DNA of 7,125 nucleotides from Octopus sinensis (lineage: Eukaryota), in the NCBI RefSeq assembly GCF_006345805.1, contig NW_021829064.1:1-7125 (forward strand), read 5' to 3'. The notes under the pieces are model-generated. The model saw nothing but the letters and a program-made list of their open reading frames with translations. It did not search any database and was not told the origin of the DNA. The position numbers and the translations under genes are program-made. Position 1 is the first letter of the stretch. Each line of letters starts with the position of its first letter. Below are positions 6,296 through 7,125 of the stretch, in pieces.

Positions 6296-6534
6296 ATATT
6301 ATATTTCTTTGCTACCCACAAGGGGCCAAATACAGAGGGGACAAACAAGGACAGACAAAGGGATTAAGTCGATTATATCGACCCAAGTGCGAGACTGGTA
6401 CTTTATTTATCGACATCGAAAGGATGAAAGGCAAAATCGACCTCGGCGGAATTTGAACTCAGAGCGTAACGGCAGACGAAATGCCGCGAAGCATTTCGCC
6501 CGGCGTGCTAACGTTTCTGCCAGCTCGCCGCCTT
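6296..6534 (-). mobile_element. Young full-length family-1 SINE (tail type A) with a 10-bp target-site duplication
   Basis: It is the reverse complement of the family sequence, with the B-box at 6448-6460 on the minus strand. The exact direct repeat ATCCTAAATT lies at 6286-6295 and 6535-6544. Confidence 0.95.
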
Positions 6535-7125
6535 ATCCTAAATTGCAATAATAAATTGTCTATCAACCGAATTCTTTCAGAAATTCAGTTCATAATATTT
6601 TACATAGGTCATCAAGGACATCTTCAAAAATAGACTATATATTTTTCTTCTATGTATCTTGTTTTCTCTATTTTGTGCCCTCACATACACTTACGATATA
6701 TCTAGGATATCTTGCAGTAGAGATCGTTAAAAGAACATTCTACATACTAGAAGAGTACACTGAAAATAACTATTATATACCAATGGCGAATATTATTTGA
6801 TGTAAGGAAAGATATAGTATAACCCTCCTTATAATTTAGAAGAAGCCATTCCCTGACTTAAATATTCAACATAGGTATTAAGCTATCTTCAACAAAACTC
6901 TGTAACCCCCTTTTTTTTTATTCCATTACACTTACCTCGCCCAAATTGTAGCTTCTAATATGGGAAAATTAAGCATGAGTAGTGATAGTAATGCTACTAA
7001 TTGTAGTTATATTAATTTGTGGAGTTCCCTTAAAATATTAACTAAAGAAGAATAAAATTCCATTCCATATAAATGTACAGTCAAAACTACTTTGTGTCTC
7101 TAAATTGTACTTAACATTAGTAATT

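Noticed and set aside
3344-6551. Three similar ORFs (3344-3655 -, 5618-5944 +, 6309-6551 +) sharing RPRRNLNS..GRRN..KHFARRAN, which look like a small gene family
   Set aside because: They are the antisense reading of the family-1 SINE in each copy. The similarity comes from the repeat and not from protein conservation.
6706-6801. Possible next exon after a pyrimidine-rich tract (TAG|GA TAT CTT..., GYLAVEIVKRTFYILEEYTENNYYIPMANII) with GTAAGG at 6802
   Set aside because: The phase would fit the CABIT donor, but an in-frame TGA precedes the donor, the pyrimidine tract is displaced from the AG, and the peptide is unrecognisable. It cannot be fully excluded without RNA-seq.
1-7125. Prokaryotic-type systems (CRISPR array, operon, defence system)
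   Set aside because: There is no repeat-spacer array with unique spacers and no dense ORF packing. All periodic sequence is microsatellite or retroposon-derived.

Overview
Eukaryotic, repeat-dense genomic DNA. It is very probably from a coleoid cephalopod (Octopus-like), inferred from the tRNA-derived SINE families and the abundant (ATAC)n, (AT)n, (AAC)n and (TCA)n microsatellites. The only well-supported coding sequence is one internal exon (643-989, +). It has canonical AG/GT splice sites and encodes most of a CABIT-like domain (Themis/GAREM/Serrano family). The rest of the window reads as intron or intergenic sequence. One SINE family has six copies plus a short head stub and carries two different 3' tails. 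Three young copies lie in opposite orientations, and the two minus-strand ones have clear target-site duplications. A full-length SINE of a second family is nested in the A-box of an old copy of the first, with an 11-bp target-site duplication. There is also a 5'-truncated, frameshifted RTE-clade LINE 3' end with a 140-bp tandem duplication, and a possible decayed Penelope-type hammerhead remnant. Most ORFs in the supplied track are artefacts of microsatellites or SINEs. I see no convincing evidence for a new multi-gene system. The most interesting leads are the CABIT exon, the inverted SINE pairs (potential dsRNA/ADAR substrates), the SINE tail swap and nesting, and the hammerhead-like remnant.
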